A stretch of DNA of 64,000 nt from an uncultured Planctomycetota bacterium (GTDB taxonomy: Bacteria; Planctomycetota; Planctomycetia; Gemmatales; Gemmataceae), in NCBI GenBank assembly GCA_963849325.1, contig CAWKHF010000012.1:320001-384000 (forward strand), read 5' to 3'. The position numbers and the translations under genes were made by a program. The notes under the pieces were generated by a model, which was not told the DNA's origin, ran no database searches, and worked only from the letters and a program-made list of their open reading frames with translations. This document shows positions 29,053-42,960 of this stretch, piece by piece. The first letter of the stretch is position 1. Each line of letters begins with the position of its first letter.

Positions 29053-32000
29053 ATGACCCTCCTGCTGGTGGGACTGACCCTTGCCGGGGCGACGCACGCC
29101 GACGAACCGTCCGCGGTGGTCCTCAGCGGCGAGAGCAAAGCGACGGCCCTCCGACTCGCCGACGCCCGCAAACGACTCGACGAGCAGAAATGGTCCGAGG
29201 CCATCGAAGCACTGCAAGCGATCCTCAACACCGCCGGCAACGACCTGGTTGCCCTCACGCCCACGCACAGCGTCCAGGCCCGGCACCTGTGCCAAATTCA
29301 TCTCGCCTCGCTACCTCCGGAGGCGCTGCGGCTGTATCGGCAGCGCTACGAGACGCCCGCGCGCAAAAAGCTGGAGCCGGCGGAGGCTGGCCAAGACAGA
29401 CAGCAGCTGCGCAAGGTCGTGGACGAGGCGTTCGTGACGCGGACGGCGGAGAAGGCCATCGACCGCCTCGGCGATCTCGCCTTCGAGCGCGGTCGCTTTG
29501 ACGAAGCCGAGGAGTGGTGGCGGCTGCTGTCGCCCTTGCCGGACGCTCACCGCGAGGAGGCGACGCGCGGACTCGCCCTCGTTTACCCCGATCTGAGTCT
29601 CGACCCGGCCCGCATCCAGGCCAAGCAACTGCTGGCTCGCCTCTACCGCGATCCCGAAAGCGGCTGGGCGACGGAACTCGACGGCTTCCGCGCCCGTCAC
29701 GGCAAGACGGAAGGATCCCTGGCTGGCCGCAAAGGGCGTTACGCCGATTTGCTGCAGGCGCTCGCCAATGAAAAGTCGAAGACAGCAAGGGCCGCCGATT
29801 CGGACTGGCCGACCTTCGGCGGCTCGCCGGGCGCGGCCGGGTGGTCCCGGCCCCGGACGACATCCTCGATGGTCTCAGCGACCTGTGCCGCGCCGGCCCG
29901 ACCTGGCGCTTCAACCTGGAGGAACGTGGCCGGCAGGACGGACCTCCGCCGACACCTGCCGTCAACGCCACGCAGGCGCGCACGCTCGCTTTTCATCCGG
30001 TCCTTGTCGGCCATCAAGTCCTGGTGGCCGATGCCCGGTACGTGACGGCTTACGATCTGCGCACCGGCCAGAGCAGCCAGTGGTACGACCTCATCGAGGT
30101 TGGCCGTAACGGCGGGGTGAATCCGAACCTGACACTGCCGGCCCCGCCGGACCTGCGCTACACGTTGACCGTCGCCGGCGACCATGCCTACGTGCGGCTC
30201 GGTGCCCAGGACATTGGCGCCGAGGCAGCGCCAATGCCGCCCCTGATTGGACAGGTGCCCAAGGCCCGCCGCGACAACGAAACGTTCCTGGCCTGCCTGG
30301 GTCTGCATCCCAACGGCGCGAACAACCATTTCCGCTGGCGCATCCGCGGCATCGTCCAGGACAACGCCGTTTTCGAGGGCGCCCCGCTTGTCTCCGCCGG
30401 ACAGATCTGGATCGCTTCCACCCGCTACAATGGCGGGCGCTGCCTCACATCCATCGATTGTTACCCGACCGACGATACGAGCGAACCGCCGCTGCGCTGG
30501 CGGCGCGAAGTGTGCGCGCGCGACGTCAAGCTCGGCGAGCCACGCTACCGCCATCATTTGTTGACGTTGGACGGCACCCAACTCGTCTACTGCTCGCACA
30601 GCGGGGTGGTCGTCGCGGTCGATGCCCTGACGGGGCGGACCAACTGGGGCGTCCGTTACCCGCGCCGCGCCGTCGACAAAGACGTCGTGGCGCAACCGGA
30701 CACGAATACCGTGGAGGGATCTGGCGCCGGTGCTGTTCGCGGCCGGCCGGCTGTACGTCGCGCCGGCCGACTCGGATCGTCTGCTGTGCCTGGATCCCGC
30801 CACGGGACGGACACTCTGGGAACGCGAGGCGATGAAAGTCGTGGACCTGCTCGGCGTCGGCCAGGGACGCCTGATTTTCAGCACCGCCCGGGGACTGCGT
30901 GCGGTGGGTGCGGCCGATGGCAGCGATGCGGAAGGCTGGATCGTCCCCGATGACAGCGACGGGCAGACGGCGGGAGGCGGTTTGACGCCGGCGGGTCGTG
31001 GACTGCTGATCGGCGATCTAGTGCTGTTCCCGACCACCCAGCACGACGGCTTTTCGCCGTCGATTCAGACGAAGGTTTACGCGATCCGTCAGCGCGACGG
31101 CCGGCCGGCGGGCGATCCGGCCCTGCTGCGCGGTCTGCCGGCCGGCAATCTCGCCTATGCCAACGGCTGTCTCGCCGTGGCCGACCGGCATACGCTATCG
31201 GTTTTCGTCGCCCCCCGGCTACAACTGCCTCAGCGCGAGGCTGAGGCGCGGCGTCATCCCGAATCGGCCTCGGTCCTGCTGGAACTGGCCCACGCCCAGG
31301 CGGACGCTGGGCAGACGACTGGGCCCTGCGGACGTTTGCGCAAGCGGAAGCGAAGGCGCGAGACCTGCCGGACTCACGCCGCCGGCGGCATCTGCTGCAA
31401 CAGGCACGCACGGGGCGGCAACAAACTCTGCTGGGAACCGCCCGGCACGCCGCCGAAGCGGAAGAGTGGGGGCGAGTGGATGCGGCACTTCGACAGGCTG
31501 CCGCGGTGCCGTTGCCCGCCCGAGGTCGTCTCCACGCACTCACGCGGGCGGCGCAGATCTGGCAAGCGGCGGGGCAGCTCGATCGCGCATGCGCCGTGTG
31601 GGAAAGCATTCGCGCCGACGAGGCGCTGCGGCAGGTCCAGGGGATCGACCGCAAGGGCACGCCCGCCTCGGCCGGCGATTACGCGGCCGCTATCCTCGCT
31701 CGCTTGGGCGGCGAGCGGCAGATGGGCCTCGTCCGTTCGGAACTGCGTCAACAGGCGCGCGAGCACGAGCAAGCCAAACGCCACGGCGCCGCCGCATACG
31801 CGTACCGCCGCTTGCTGGCGGCCGGCATCGAAGACGAGGGGCAGGCTACCGTTCTGGTCGCTCTGGCTCGGGTGTACGAGCGCGAACCATGCTGGCGTGC
31901 GGCCCGCGAAGTTTGGGAGCGGTTGGCTCACGACCACGGCGACCGTGTCCTCGCCGACCTCGACGCCCATCGACCCGTGCGCAACGTCGTGGCCGATCGC

Positions 32001-33473
32001 CTTCGTGCGCCTCCCTACACTGCCGCCGCCGTACTCACCAAGGAATCTCTGCCTCTGTTCCGCACCTGGCACGTGACGCTCGGGAGTGACGAGTGGGTGC
32101 TGGCCGGCGGGCAGGGGGCGGACTCGGAATTGTTGCTCAGTGGCGGTCCTGCGCCGGAGGCGGTCTCCTCACGGCCAGGTATCGTCTTCTGCCGGAACAC
32201 GCTCAGCGGAGAGACACACTGGCGGCATCTGCTGCCGTTCGTGCCCCGCTGGGCCGGCTGTCACGCCGACACGATCCTGGCCGGCGGCGAACGGGGCATC
32301 GCCTGCCTCCGCCGCGATGACGGCGAACTCCTGTGGCACTTCCCGGCCCCCGCCTCGGGCCGCTACCCCATCGCCCCCCTAGAGGGCGTACGCGTCGTTG
32401 TCCATCCGCGGACACCGGAGCCGTTGACCGACTTCCAGGCGGTTTCCGGCCGGCTCTTTTTCCTTCAGGGACAGCGCCGTCTGTTCGCGCTCGACGCCGA
32501 CACCGGCCGCGTCCTCTGGGACCGCTGGGCACCCGATGGCGGCTTCCATCTGCCTTATCCGCAGGGCTGTTACTCTCCCTGCTACCACGCCGGCGCGGCA
32601 ACCGTGCTCATCCAGACGCCGGGACGATGCTGGCTCCTCGACGCCGCCAGCGGACGGCCCATCCATCAGGAGCCGGACGGCCGGGAACTCTGGCAACGGC
32701 CGCCCCTGGAGCTGGATGACCATACCCTGTGCATCGTCACTGGGAAACAGCGCGTCCTTCGGCTCGATGCCCGTAACGGGCAACGTCTCTGGACGCATAC
32801 GCCGACCGGAGGAACGACGCGGAGCGGCGAAGCCCCGCACGTCGCCAGCCGAGGCGACATACTGCTGATGGTGACGCCGGCGAATGTCGGTTATTTCGTG
32901 CAGCGACTCGACCGCGCCACCGGCAAGCCGGTCTGGCCCCGATCCTTCCTCCTGACCATGCCTAGGGTGGATATCTCCGCCTGGGCGTTCGATCCGGAAG
33001 CGCTCTACATCGCGGAGGATCGTTCGCTGACCGCTCGCTCTCTCGCGGACGGCCGACTCTTGTGGACGCGGCCGCTGGATGGAGGCGGCGATTGGCAGGT
33101 CCGGCGCGTGGGCGACTACCTGGCGGTCTACCCCGGAGCGTCCGCCGCCGAGGCCCGATTCTCATTTCGCTCTCCGCTGGGGTCGGTACAATGGAACCTG
33201 GGACCGTTGCTGACGCCCGAAGCCGTCTTCGCGCTGCACGGCTGCGATCCGAAGACGGGACGACTGGTGCAGCGGCTCAACTTTCGCATCGAGTCGCCGG
33301 CAAGAACGACGTGCGAAAGACGAACAACGAGAGGAGATCGCGGTCGATTTCTCTTGCTGCAAACCTCTCCTCTCCTGGCCAGCGCCGAGGGTCCGGTTGT
33401 CCGGCTGGACTCGCCCCAGCCGTTCGTGGCGGCCGGCGGCGAAGTCTGGGGACTAACACGAATGAACCATTGA
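29053..33473 (+). CDS. Large secreted TPR + PQQ/BamB-like beta-propeller protein, frameshifted
   Basis: Signal peptide, DWPTFGG, repeated DxxTGxxxW motifs, TPR-like helices. Confidence 0.8.
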
Positions 33474-33488
33474 GGATAGACACCGACG

Positions 33489-34800
33489 ATGCCGAACATT
33501 CGTTGCAAGAACTGCGGCTTGATGGTGCAGGTGCCGGCCGGTGGCCGCCGCTTGTGCGGTTGCGGAGCCTGGCTGTCGGGCGAGGAGGCTGCGGCGCCGG
33601 TCGCCGAGTCGATGGTGGAGGAAGACTTGGTGCTGGCCGAAGCCACGCCCGCCGAAGCGTGGCCGCGCATCGAAGGCGATCTGTCGGCCATCGAGCGCCT
33701 CAACAGCGGCTATCGCCGCATCCGTAAGGAGATGAGCAAGGCCATCGTCGGTCAGGAAAAAGTGCTCGAAGAATTGCTCATCGCCATCTTCGCTCGCGGC
33801 CACTGCCTGCTCGTCGGCGTGCCCGGTCTGGCCAAGACGCTCATGATCCGCACCCTGGCCGACTCGCTCAGCCTCAGTTTCAGCCGCATCCAGTTCACGC
33901 CCGACCTGATGCCGTCGGACATCACCGGCACCGAGGTATTGCAGGAAGACAAGACCACCGGGCAGCGCCTGTTCAAGTTCCTGCACGGCCCGCTGTTCGC
34001 CAACGTCGTTCTCGCCGACGAGATCAACCGCACGCCGCCGAAAACGCAGGCCGCCCTGCTCGAAGCCATGCAGGAACGGCAAGTCACCGTCGGCGGCACC
34101 CGCCACAAGCTGCCCGATCCGTTCTTCGTCCTGGCCACGCAAAACCCGATCGAGCAGGAGGGCACCTATCCCTTGCCCGAGGCGCAGCAAGATCGCTTCA
34201 TGTTCAACATCCTCGTCGATTACCCCGAGGAAGAAGAAGAGTTCCGCATCGTCGAACAGACCACCACGACGCACGTGCCGCAGATCGAGCGTGTGCTGTC
34301 GGCGACGGACATCCTGGAAATGCAGGACATCGTTCGCAAGGTTCCGGTGGCGCCCTACGTCATCCGCTATGCCATGAAGTTCACGCGCCTGACGCGCAAG
34401 GGCAGCCGGGTCGCGGCGGACAAGGCGCCGGGCGGGACGAAGATGAAGGATGTGGACGTGCCCGACTTCATCCGCGATTACGTCACCTGGGGGGCCGGGC
34501 CGCGCGCGACGCAGTTCCTCATCCTGGCGGCCAAGGCCCGCGCCGTGCTGCACGGTCGTTATTATGTCTCCTGCGAGGACGTACGTGCGGTAGCCCCGGC
34601 AGTGTTGCGTCATCGCATCATCACCAACTTCAACGCCGAGGCCGAGGGCATCAAGCCGGACGAGATTGTTCGCCGCCTCATCGAGCGCATTCCCGCGATC
34701 CCAATGAACAAGCCGCCGTCGGCGCGGCACAAACCGGAAGTTAGAGATACGACCCCGTTGTTCGGCGTACGGCGCGGCAGCCTGGATGAATGGACCTTGA
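33489..34800 (+). CDS. MoxR family AAA+ ATPase with N-terminal Zn-ribbon; 3' end approximate
   Basis: [60 protein letters not shown]. Confidence 0.92.
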
Positions 34801-34812
34801 GGGAGGTTTTTC

Positions 34813-35320
34813 ATGTCCAGCCGCATTCTCCTTTGTCTCTTTGCTCTTTCGGCTGTGGTTTTCTTGTCCGGCAGCATCGTGGTCAGTTCGGTCAGTCTGG
34901 ACGCACTGGAAGTCGGAGGCGTGAAGATGCCTGGGCGGTGGAAGGCCAGTTCTCCCACGGTGCAGTCGGACGCCGGTGAGTACCTGTCCTACGATGTCGC
35001 CGGCAAGTCGCCCCGGGTGTACTTCACCAAGGAGAAGGGACCGCACACCGCCTGGTCATTCGTCAATATGAAGAGGTTCTCGGAGCACAAGGGGTTGGTG
35101 CATGAGCAAGGGAGGGCGGGTTGGTTGGCGGTGGAGGAACGTGGCTTCACCCTGCGGCGTGCGCCACGGAAGGCCCGTTTCGAGGCTGGTACCTGTCGCG
35201 GACAAAAAAAGGAGAGTTGGTGCTGGAAAAGGAAGCCGATCACGCCGCAGAAGTGAAATTCCGACTGAAACGGACGAAGTCTCGGTGACGCGACCAGGAA
35301 AGGTAGCAAAGGTCTTTTAA
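34813..35320 (+). CDS. Hypothetical exported protein, probably frameshifted
   Basis: SD GGAGG and signal-like N-terminus. Confidence 0.45.
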
Positions 35321-35389
35321 TAATGTTGCCGTCCAATCAAGGTTGAAAAGCCTTTCGACCGTGTAGATAGGGGCAATCGGGAGAAGGCT

Positions 35390-35584
35390 ATGAAATTCAA
35401 GGTGGCACTCTACCCATCGGAAGAAGGTTACAGCGTCAATGTTCCGGGTTTGCCGGGTTGCTGGTCGCAAGGGGCCACGGAAGCAGAAGCCCTGGCCAAT
35501 ATCGCCGAGGCGATTCGTGAGTACCTGGATGCCGAGATCGACACAACCGAGGGGGCTACTATTCATGAAGTCGAGGTGGCTTAG
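35390..35584 (+). CDS. hicB: HicB-family antitoxin (short form)
   Basis: VPGLPGCWSQGATEAEALANIAEAIREYL. Confidence 0.9.
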   Translation: MKFKVALYPSEEGYSVNVPGLPGCWSQGATEAEALANIAEAIREYLDAEIDTTEGATIHEVEVA

Positions 35585-35586
35585 CT

Positions 35587-35799
35587 GTGCCCAGGCCCCC
35601 TGGCGTCAACCATCTGGATGCGGTGCGCACCTTGGAGAAGTCGGGCTTCTGGATTCTCCGGCAGGGCAAACATATCGTCATGACAGACGGTACGCGCAAG
35701 CTGATGGTCCCTCGGCACAATCCGGTGAATGCTTTCACTATGGGCGGGATCGTTCGAGCAGCCGGTTTGACGGAGGAAGAATTCCGGAAGCTGTTATGA
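35587..35799 (+). CDS. hicA: HicA-family mRNA interferase toxin
   Basis: LEKSGFWILRQGKHIVM..VPRH..TMGGIVRAAGLTEEEFRKLL. Confidence 0.88.
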   Translation: MPRPPGVNHLDAVRTLEKSGFWILRQGKHIVMTDGTRKLMVPRHNPVNAFTMGGIVRAAGLTEEEFRKLL

Positions 35800-35885
35800 A
35801 CGGAGGAGGGAAGAAGGCGATAGGGATCTTTTCTAGTCCCTTTTATACTTAAAAGGACTTCCAACGGATGGTTGGGAGAACCATC

Positions 35886-36621
35886 ATGCCATTACTCGAT
35901 CACTTTCATCCTCCGTTGAGTACCGAGCGACGCTGGGAATCGTTTCATTCCAGCTGGGCCACCCGGCTGGCGGATGCTCTCACGGAGCGCTGGCTGCCTC
36001 CGAACTACATCGCCGAAGAACACGCTCATCTCGGCCCCTCGGTCGAAATTGACGTGGGCACATTCGAGCGGGAAACGGCGGCGACCTCGGTGGAAGGAGG
36101 GGCGGTAGCGACCGTGGGACGGAAGGTATGGACTCCGCCCGTTGCCGACGGGAGCCTTGCCGCCGTCTTCCCGGATACGTTCGAGATCCGGGTGCTGGGT
36201 ACGGACACCGGACCCAAATTGGTAGCGGCCATCGAGCTGATCAGTCCCGGCAACAAAGACCGGGCGGGGGAGAGAAGGGCCTTCGCCATCAAGTGCGCCA
36301 GTTATCTGTACCAGGGAATCAGCGTTATCATCGTGGACATCGTGACCAATCGCCGGGCCAACCTGCACAATGAGATCCTGGCGCTCGTGGACGGAGCCGA
36401 CAGCCTCCAATTGCCGCCAGAGTCGAGCCTGTACGCCGTGGCCTATCGGCCGCTGCGGCGCGGCAAGGAGGATGTGATCGATGTCTGGCGCATCCCCTCT
36501 GGCACTGGGTGGGGCACTGCCCACGCTGCCTCTGGGACTGCGGGCCGACTTGGTGATTCCTGTGGACTTCGAGCAGACCTACGCCGAGGCCTGCCTCCGA
36601 AAACGGCTTACCGGATCGTGA
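35886..36621 (+). CDS. DUF4058 family protein (PD-(D/E)xK-like), frameshifted near 36495
   Basis: MPLLDHFHPP, WESFH, VAAIELISPGNKDR, LPTLPL. Confidence 0.8.
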
Positions 36622-36665
36622 AGGCCGAGAACGCCTTTCTGGAATGCTTTCCTGATGGTATCCTG

Positions 36666-37594
36666 ATGCAAGACACCCACCAATACCTCGACCCAATCGC
36701 GCTGGCCAAGGTCCGCAACCTCGAAATGCAGGCGCGGCTCATCGTCGAGGGCTACCTGTCCGGCATGCACAAAAGTCCCTACCACGGCTTTTCGGTCGAG
36801 TTCGCCCAGCACCGCGAATACGTGCCCGGCGACGACCTGAAGCACCTCGACTGGAAAGTCTACAGCCGCACCGGACGTTTCTACCTCAAGCAGTACGAGG
36901 AGGAAACGAACCTGGCCTGCTGGCTGCTGGTGGACGCCAGCGAATCGATGCGCTACGGCTCGGGCCTGACGAGCGATGACGGCAAGCCGCTGGTGAGTAA
37001 ATATGACTACGCTTGCATGGGCGCCGCCGCCCTGGCGTACCTGATCCTGCATCAGCAGGACGCCGCCGGACTGGTGACTTACGACAACCAGGTTCGCCAA
37101 CTCCTCAAGCCGACGAGCCAGCCGTCGCACCTCAAACAGATCATCGCCTGTCTGAACAAGGGCGCCGGCCGCGAACGCACCAGCCTGGCGCCGATCTTCC
37201 ACGACCTCGCCGAGCGCATCCCGCGCCGCGGCATCGTCGTCGTCTTCAGCGACTTCTTCGATGATTTGCCGGACATCCTCAACGGCCTGAAACACCTGCG
37301 GCACAAGCGGCACGAAGTCATCGTCCTGCACGTCCTGGACCGGGCCGAGCTGGAGTTTCCCTTCCAGGAAGCCACGCTCTTTCGCGGTCTGGAACAGTAT
37401 CCGGAATTACTGACCGATCCGCGCTCATTGCGCGACGGCTACCTGGAACAGATTCAAAACTTCGTCGCCGAGTTGCAGCGCGGCTGTCTGTCGCAGAACA
37501 TCGATTACGTGACCATGCGCACGGACATGCAGCTGGGCATCGTGCTATCGAGTTACCTGGCGCATCGGTTGCGCACAGCAGTCGTCATTCGTGA
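36666..37594 (+). CDS. DUF58 domain protein; 3' end approximate
   Basis: GMHKSPYHGFSVEFAQHREYVPGDD..DWK, LVDASESM, VFSDF. Confidence 0.9.
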
Positions 37595-37657
37595 CGTTCC
37601 ATTTCGCGGCGGCTCCGCGAGTCGCCGCGAAACCTTTTCGGACGGGAGATCGCAATC

Positions 37658-40600
37658 GTGCTCTGGCTCCCCCTCGCTTTCCTGGAGGCGCCGCTCACCG
37701 CCGCGGCCGTGGCCGGCGGTGCCGTCTCCATCCCCATCATCATCCACCTGCTCAACCGCCGTCGCTTCAAGGTCGTCACCTGGGCGGCCATGCGCTTCCT
37801 GCTGGCGGCGCAGAAAAAGAACTCGCGGCGCATGCGCCTGGAACAGCTCCTGTTGCTCGTCCTTCGCTGCGTCATGGTGCTGCTGCTTGTCCTGGCGATG
37901 GCCAGCGTGACGAACTGGGCCGAGGCGGTGTGGCGCTGGTTCGCGCCCAACGGTGCCCTGGCCCTGACCAGCGGCAGCCAACGCACGCACAAGATCCTGG
38001 TCTTCGATAGTTCGTTCAGCATGGGCCTGAAAAACGGCGATGGCACCTGCTTCGAGCGCGCTCGCGCCCTGGCCGCGCGCATCGTGCGCGAGTCCAGCGG
38101 CGGCGACGGCTTCAGCGTCGTACTCATGGCCGCGCCGCCGCGGCGCATCGTGCCGGAGCCGTCCGAGGACGCCCGCAAGGTCGTCGCCGAGATCGAGAAC
38201 CTGCGCCTGACGCACGGCAACGCCGACCTCGCCGCCACGCTCAACACCGTCGAAAGCCTGGTGCGGGCCTCGCCGGGCAAATATCCGGCCCGCGAGGTCT
38301 ACTTCCTCACCGACTTGCAGCAGTCCACCTGGATCGCCCGCCAGCCGGCGCTGTTATCGGCCACATTGCAAAAGATCAAGGAGCGAGCGCAGACGATCTT
38401 CGTGGACGTCGGTCGCGACGGCGTCGGCAACCTGGCCGTGACGAACCTCGTGCTGGACGACTCGATGGCCGCCACCGGCCGCGAGACGCCGATCATCGCC
38501 ACGCTGACCAACTACGGCGAGACGCGCACCGATGTCAGCGTGCGTCTGTTCGTCGGCAAGGCCCGCGCCGCGGCGGCCGACAAGCCCTACGATCTGCACG
38601 AGGTCAAGGAATCGATCGTCAAGCAGGTCAAGCGCGGCGAGGCGACGCCGGTTGCTTTCACCTACAAATTCCCCGCGCCCGGCGATTACGTCCTGGTCGT
38701 CCAGGTGGCCCACGACGACCTCGAGCTGGACGACATGCGCAGCGCCGTGGTCACGGTCAAGAACACGGTGCCGGTCATGCTGGTCAACGGCAAGCCGGCC
38801 GTCGAGGCGTTCGACCGTGCCAGCGAATGGCTGCGCGTCGCTCTCAACCCGTTCGACCAGGGCGCGACGCCGATCTCGGTTGCCGCCCGGCCGAAGGTGC
38901 TGTCGCAATCGCAGTTCGCCGACGAGGGACTGGGCGACCTGACGCCCTACGACTGCGTTTTCCTGTGCGACGTGCCGCGCTTCAGCCTGGCCGAGGTGCG
39001 CCGCCTGGAGAACCACGTCCGCCGCGGCGGCAGCGTTGTCTTCTGCCTGGGCTCGCAGGTGGACATCGGCTCGTACAACGACATGCTCTACCGCGAAGGC
39101 AAGGGTCTGCTGCCCGCGCGCCTGACCGAGCGCGTCAAGGCCAACGCGGGTTACAATTTCCAGTTGGCGATGGAACCCGACGCCGACCGCGAAGACCCGC
39201 TCAAGCCGTTCCGCACGGAGTCCGCCCGCGAGTACCTGCTCGCCTCGCGCTTCCAGGAATACATTCAGACCGAGCCGGTCTTGCGGCCGGGCCGCGCCGC
39301 ATCCTGTCGTTCGCCCCGGTCGCCATCCCCGGCGCGCCGAAGGCGACGCTGCTGCCCGGCGGAGCGGCCATCCTCGATTGGCGACCGCCGGCTCCCACCC
39401 CGCCTCTGCCTGGCACGGGGGGACGAGCCGGCTGCGCGGCCGGGTCGTGCTCATCACCACTACGGTCAACTCGGACTGGAACAACTGGCCGACCTCGCCG
39501 AGCTTCCCGCCGCTGATGCAGGAATTGCTCTACTACGCCTCCGCCGCTCGTCTGCGCGAGCAGGTCGTGCAGGTCGGCGAGCCGATCGAATTGTATCTGC
39601 CCAACACTGGCGGCAACGTCGAGGCGACCGTCAGCACTCCCGACGGCCGGACGGAGACGACCCGCACCCAGAACCAGGATGAGGCCAGCGTGCTGCGCTG
39701 GACCGATACCGACATCAGCGGCATCTACAGCGTCGTCATCGGTTCGCATCCCCGCCAGCACCTATTCGCCGTCAACGTGCCGGCCCTCAACGAGGCCCAG
39801 CAGCTCAGCGAGAGCGACCTGACCCGCACCAACCGCGAGGATCTGCTGAAGGTGTATCCCGAATGGGAAGTGCAGGTCGTCACCGAACCCGGCCAGGTGA
39901 AACACGCTCCTCCCGCGGAGGGCGAGCCGGAGCGCGTCATGCAGCCGCTGGGCGACGTCGTGGCTCGCTGGCTGTTCCTCGTCCTGCTCGGCCTGGTCCT
40001 GGCCGAGGTCGTGCTGGCCTGGCAGTTCGGCCACTACAGCGCCGGCGTCACGCCCCTGGAAGAGAACGCCCAGCCCCGGCCGCGCACGACGAGCCAATGG
40101 GCGCTGCTCGTTCTGCCGTGGTTGCTGTTCGTATGCGTCCTGGGCATTGCCGGCGTCCTGGCCCATGACGCCTGGACCGGCGATTTCCTCGCCTTCCTGC
40201 CCGACTGGGGACGGCGCTTCCTCGAGCGCGTCGCCGACATCCCTCCGCCGGCCCCCGGCGAGGGCAGCCATTGGCGCCTCGAATATCGGAGCTACTTCTG
40301 GGACAACCGGGCCGATCCCTGGCTGGCGGCGACCCTGGCTCTCGGCGCTGCCTTCCTCGTTTACGCCATCTCCTTCCGCGAAGGCAGTCCGGCCCTGCGC
40401 CGACAGGACAGGGGCGGCCGGCTCGTCCGCCTCGGCCTGCGCCTGGGACTGCTGTTCCTCCTGCTCGCCGTGCTCCTGCCGCGCAACCGCGTCTGGTTCG
40501 AGCGCCAGAGCTGGCCCGACATCGTCATCCTGATCGACGATTCGCAGAGCATGTCCACGGTCGATACCTACAAGGACACGCGCCTCAAGACCGTGGCCGA

Positions 40601-42713
40601 GCGCCTCGCCCAGCACGATGGCTTGACGAAAGCCGACCGTCTCTCCCTGGCCCAGGCCCTCGTCACGCGCGGCGAGACGGACTGGCTGACCGGCATGTTG
40701 ACGCAACGCAAGGTGCGCGTCCACGTCTACCACTGCTCCGGCCGCGCTCACCGCCTCAAGGACGTGACCGCGCCGGACGAGGTCGCCCCGGCCCTGGAAG
40801 CCATCAACGCCTTGCAGGCCGAAGCGACGAACGATTCCAGCCAGCTCGGCGTGGCCGTGCGTCAGGTGCTCAACGACTTCCGCGGCTCGTCGCTGGCCGC
40901 CGTCGTCATGCTCACCGACGGCGTGACCACCGAGGGCGAAGACCTGGTCAAGGTCTCCAAGTATGCGCAGCAGATGGGCGTGCCGCTGTTCTTCGTCGGC
41001 ATCGGCGACGCCCAGGAAGTACACGACCTCTATCTGCACGACCTGAAGGCCGCCGACAGCGCCTACGTCAACGACCGCCTCGTCTTCACCGTCAACGTCA
41101 CCGCCCAGGGGTACAACCGCCTGTCCGTGCCGGTCCTCCTGCGCGAAAAGGGCAAGGACCGGGTGCTCGACCGGAAGACCGTCACGTTTGACGGCACGAA
41201 CCGGACGGTGAAAGTGATCCTGACGCACCAGCCGACGGAGCCGGGCGAGAAGATCTACGAGATCGAGGTGCCCGGCCAGGAGGACGAGGTGACGGTGGAG
41301 AACAACCGCCTCCAGCGGGCGGTGTTCGTCCACGAGGCCCGGCAGATCAAGGTGCTATACGTCGAGGGCTATCGTCGTTAGGAGTATCACTACCTCAAGA
41401 CTCTGCTGGAGCGCGAGAGCAACCGCATCAAGGGCAACAAGAGCATCGACCTGAAAGTGTTGCTCCTGGACGCCGACGCCGATTTCGCCGGCCAGGATCG
41501 CAGCGCCATCGCCGAGTTTCCAAGTAGGGCCGAGTTGAACACCTTCGACGTGGTTATCCTCGGCGACGTCGATCCGCAGTCGAAGTTCGACGCGAAGATG
41601 ACGGAGCATCTGAAGGACCTGGCCGACTTCGTGCGCGAGCGCGGCGGCGGTCTGCTGATGATCGCCGGCGAGCGCTACGCGCCGTTCGCCTACAAGGATT
41701 CGCCACTCAAGGACGTGCTGCCCATCGACGTGACGACCGACAAGGCGCCAGACGACGCCGACATCAGCGAATCCTATCGGCCGATGCTGACGCCGACCGG
41801 CCGGGCGCACCCGATCTTCCAGTTCAGCCCCGGCAACGACGCGGAGAACGACGCGATCTGGAACCGCCTGAAGGAGATGTACTGGCACGCCGACGGCTAT
41901 CAACTCAAGCGAGCCGCCGAAGTGCTGGCCGTACATCCGAAGAAGGGACGGCGCGGCAAGGGGGGCGAGCGGGCGGACAAGGAGCAGCCGGCGCTGAACG
42001 GCCAGCCGCTGGTGGTGCAGCAGTTCGTCGGCGCCGGCCGCTGCATGTTCTTCGGCTTCAACGAGACGTGGCGCTGGAACTTCCGCGAGGACCAGGCGCA
42101 CTACAACCAGTTCTGGATTCAGACAGTGCGTTACCTGGCGCGCAGCCGCCTCGGCCGCATCGAACTGCGGCTGGACCGGCAGACGCCGTACCGCCGCGGC
42201 GAGCCGATCAAGGTGACGGTGCGTTTCCCCGACGACGCGCCGCCGCCGTCGCCGGACCTGGAGGTCAAGGTCACGGTCGAGCGCCGCAATCCCGCCAAGG
42301 CCGGCGACACCGAGGTACGCACAGTGCAGCTGTCCAAGGTCGAAGGCAGCCGGGCGACCTACGAGGCCCTGCTGACGCAGACGCCGGAGGGCGATTACAG
42401 GTTCTGGCTGACGCAGCCGACGGCTAACCCCAAGCCGCGCGCCGAGGCCAAGGTGGTGCGTCCGCCCGGCGAGATGGAGCGTCTGCGCATGAACCAGGCC
42501 GACATGGAGCGCGCCGCCGACGAATCGCACGGCCGCTTCTACACGCTCGCCGACGCCGAGCATTTGCTGGACGATCTGCCGACCGGCACGCGCGTCACGG
42601 TCAATGCTCCCGGCCCGCCGTACCGGATGTGGGACCATTTCGTGCTGTTCCTCTTGGCCCTGATGCTGCTGACGACGGAATGGCTGCTGCGCAAGCAGAA
42701 GAATTTGCTGTAA
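37658..42713 (+). CDS. Large BatA/vWA/glutamine-amidotransferase-like membrane protein; frameshifts plus an in-frame TAG at 41379
   Basis: PIIIHLLNRRRFK..WAAMRFL, two DxSxSM MIDAS motifs, MLTDG, GGGLLMIAG, EWLLRK. Confidence 0.82.
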
Positions 42714-42960
42714 GGCGGACTACAGGGATGTGCTTCGGATCCTTGGGTGGAAAATTGGTCCTCTTGTCCTCGTTCCCACGCCGAGCGCGGGAACGAGACC
42801 AGAGGACAATTCATTGATGGAGAGGAGCTGGGCATGACAGCGGAAGATGTCCTGGAAAGTCTGGTCGAGGAATGCCACGAGGATCATGTCGGACTGTGGG
42901 GCATCGTCAACGCCGTCCGGGTTTGTTGACAGACGCGGGATAGCGGTGTACCGTGCGATC

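Noticed and set aside
35868-37910. DUF4058-DUF58 fusion protein (680-aa ORF)
   Set aside because: Artefact of frameshifts; DUF4058 ends at 36621 in another frame and DUF58 has its own ATG at 36666
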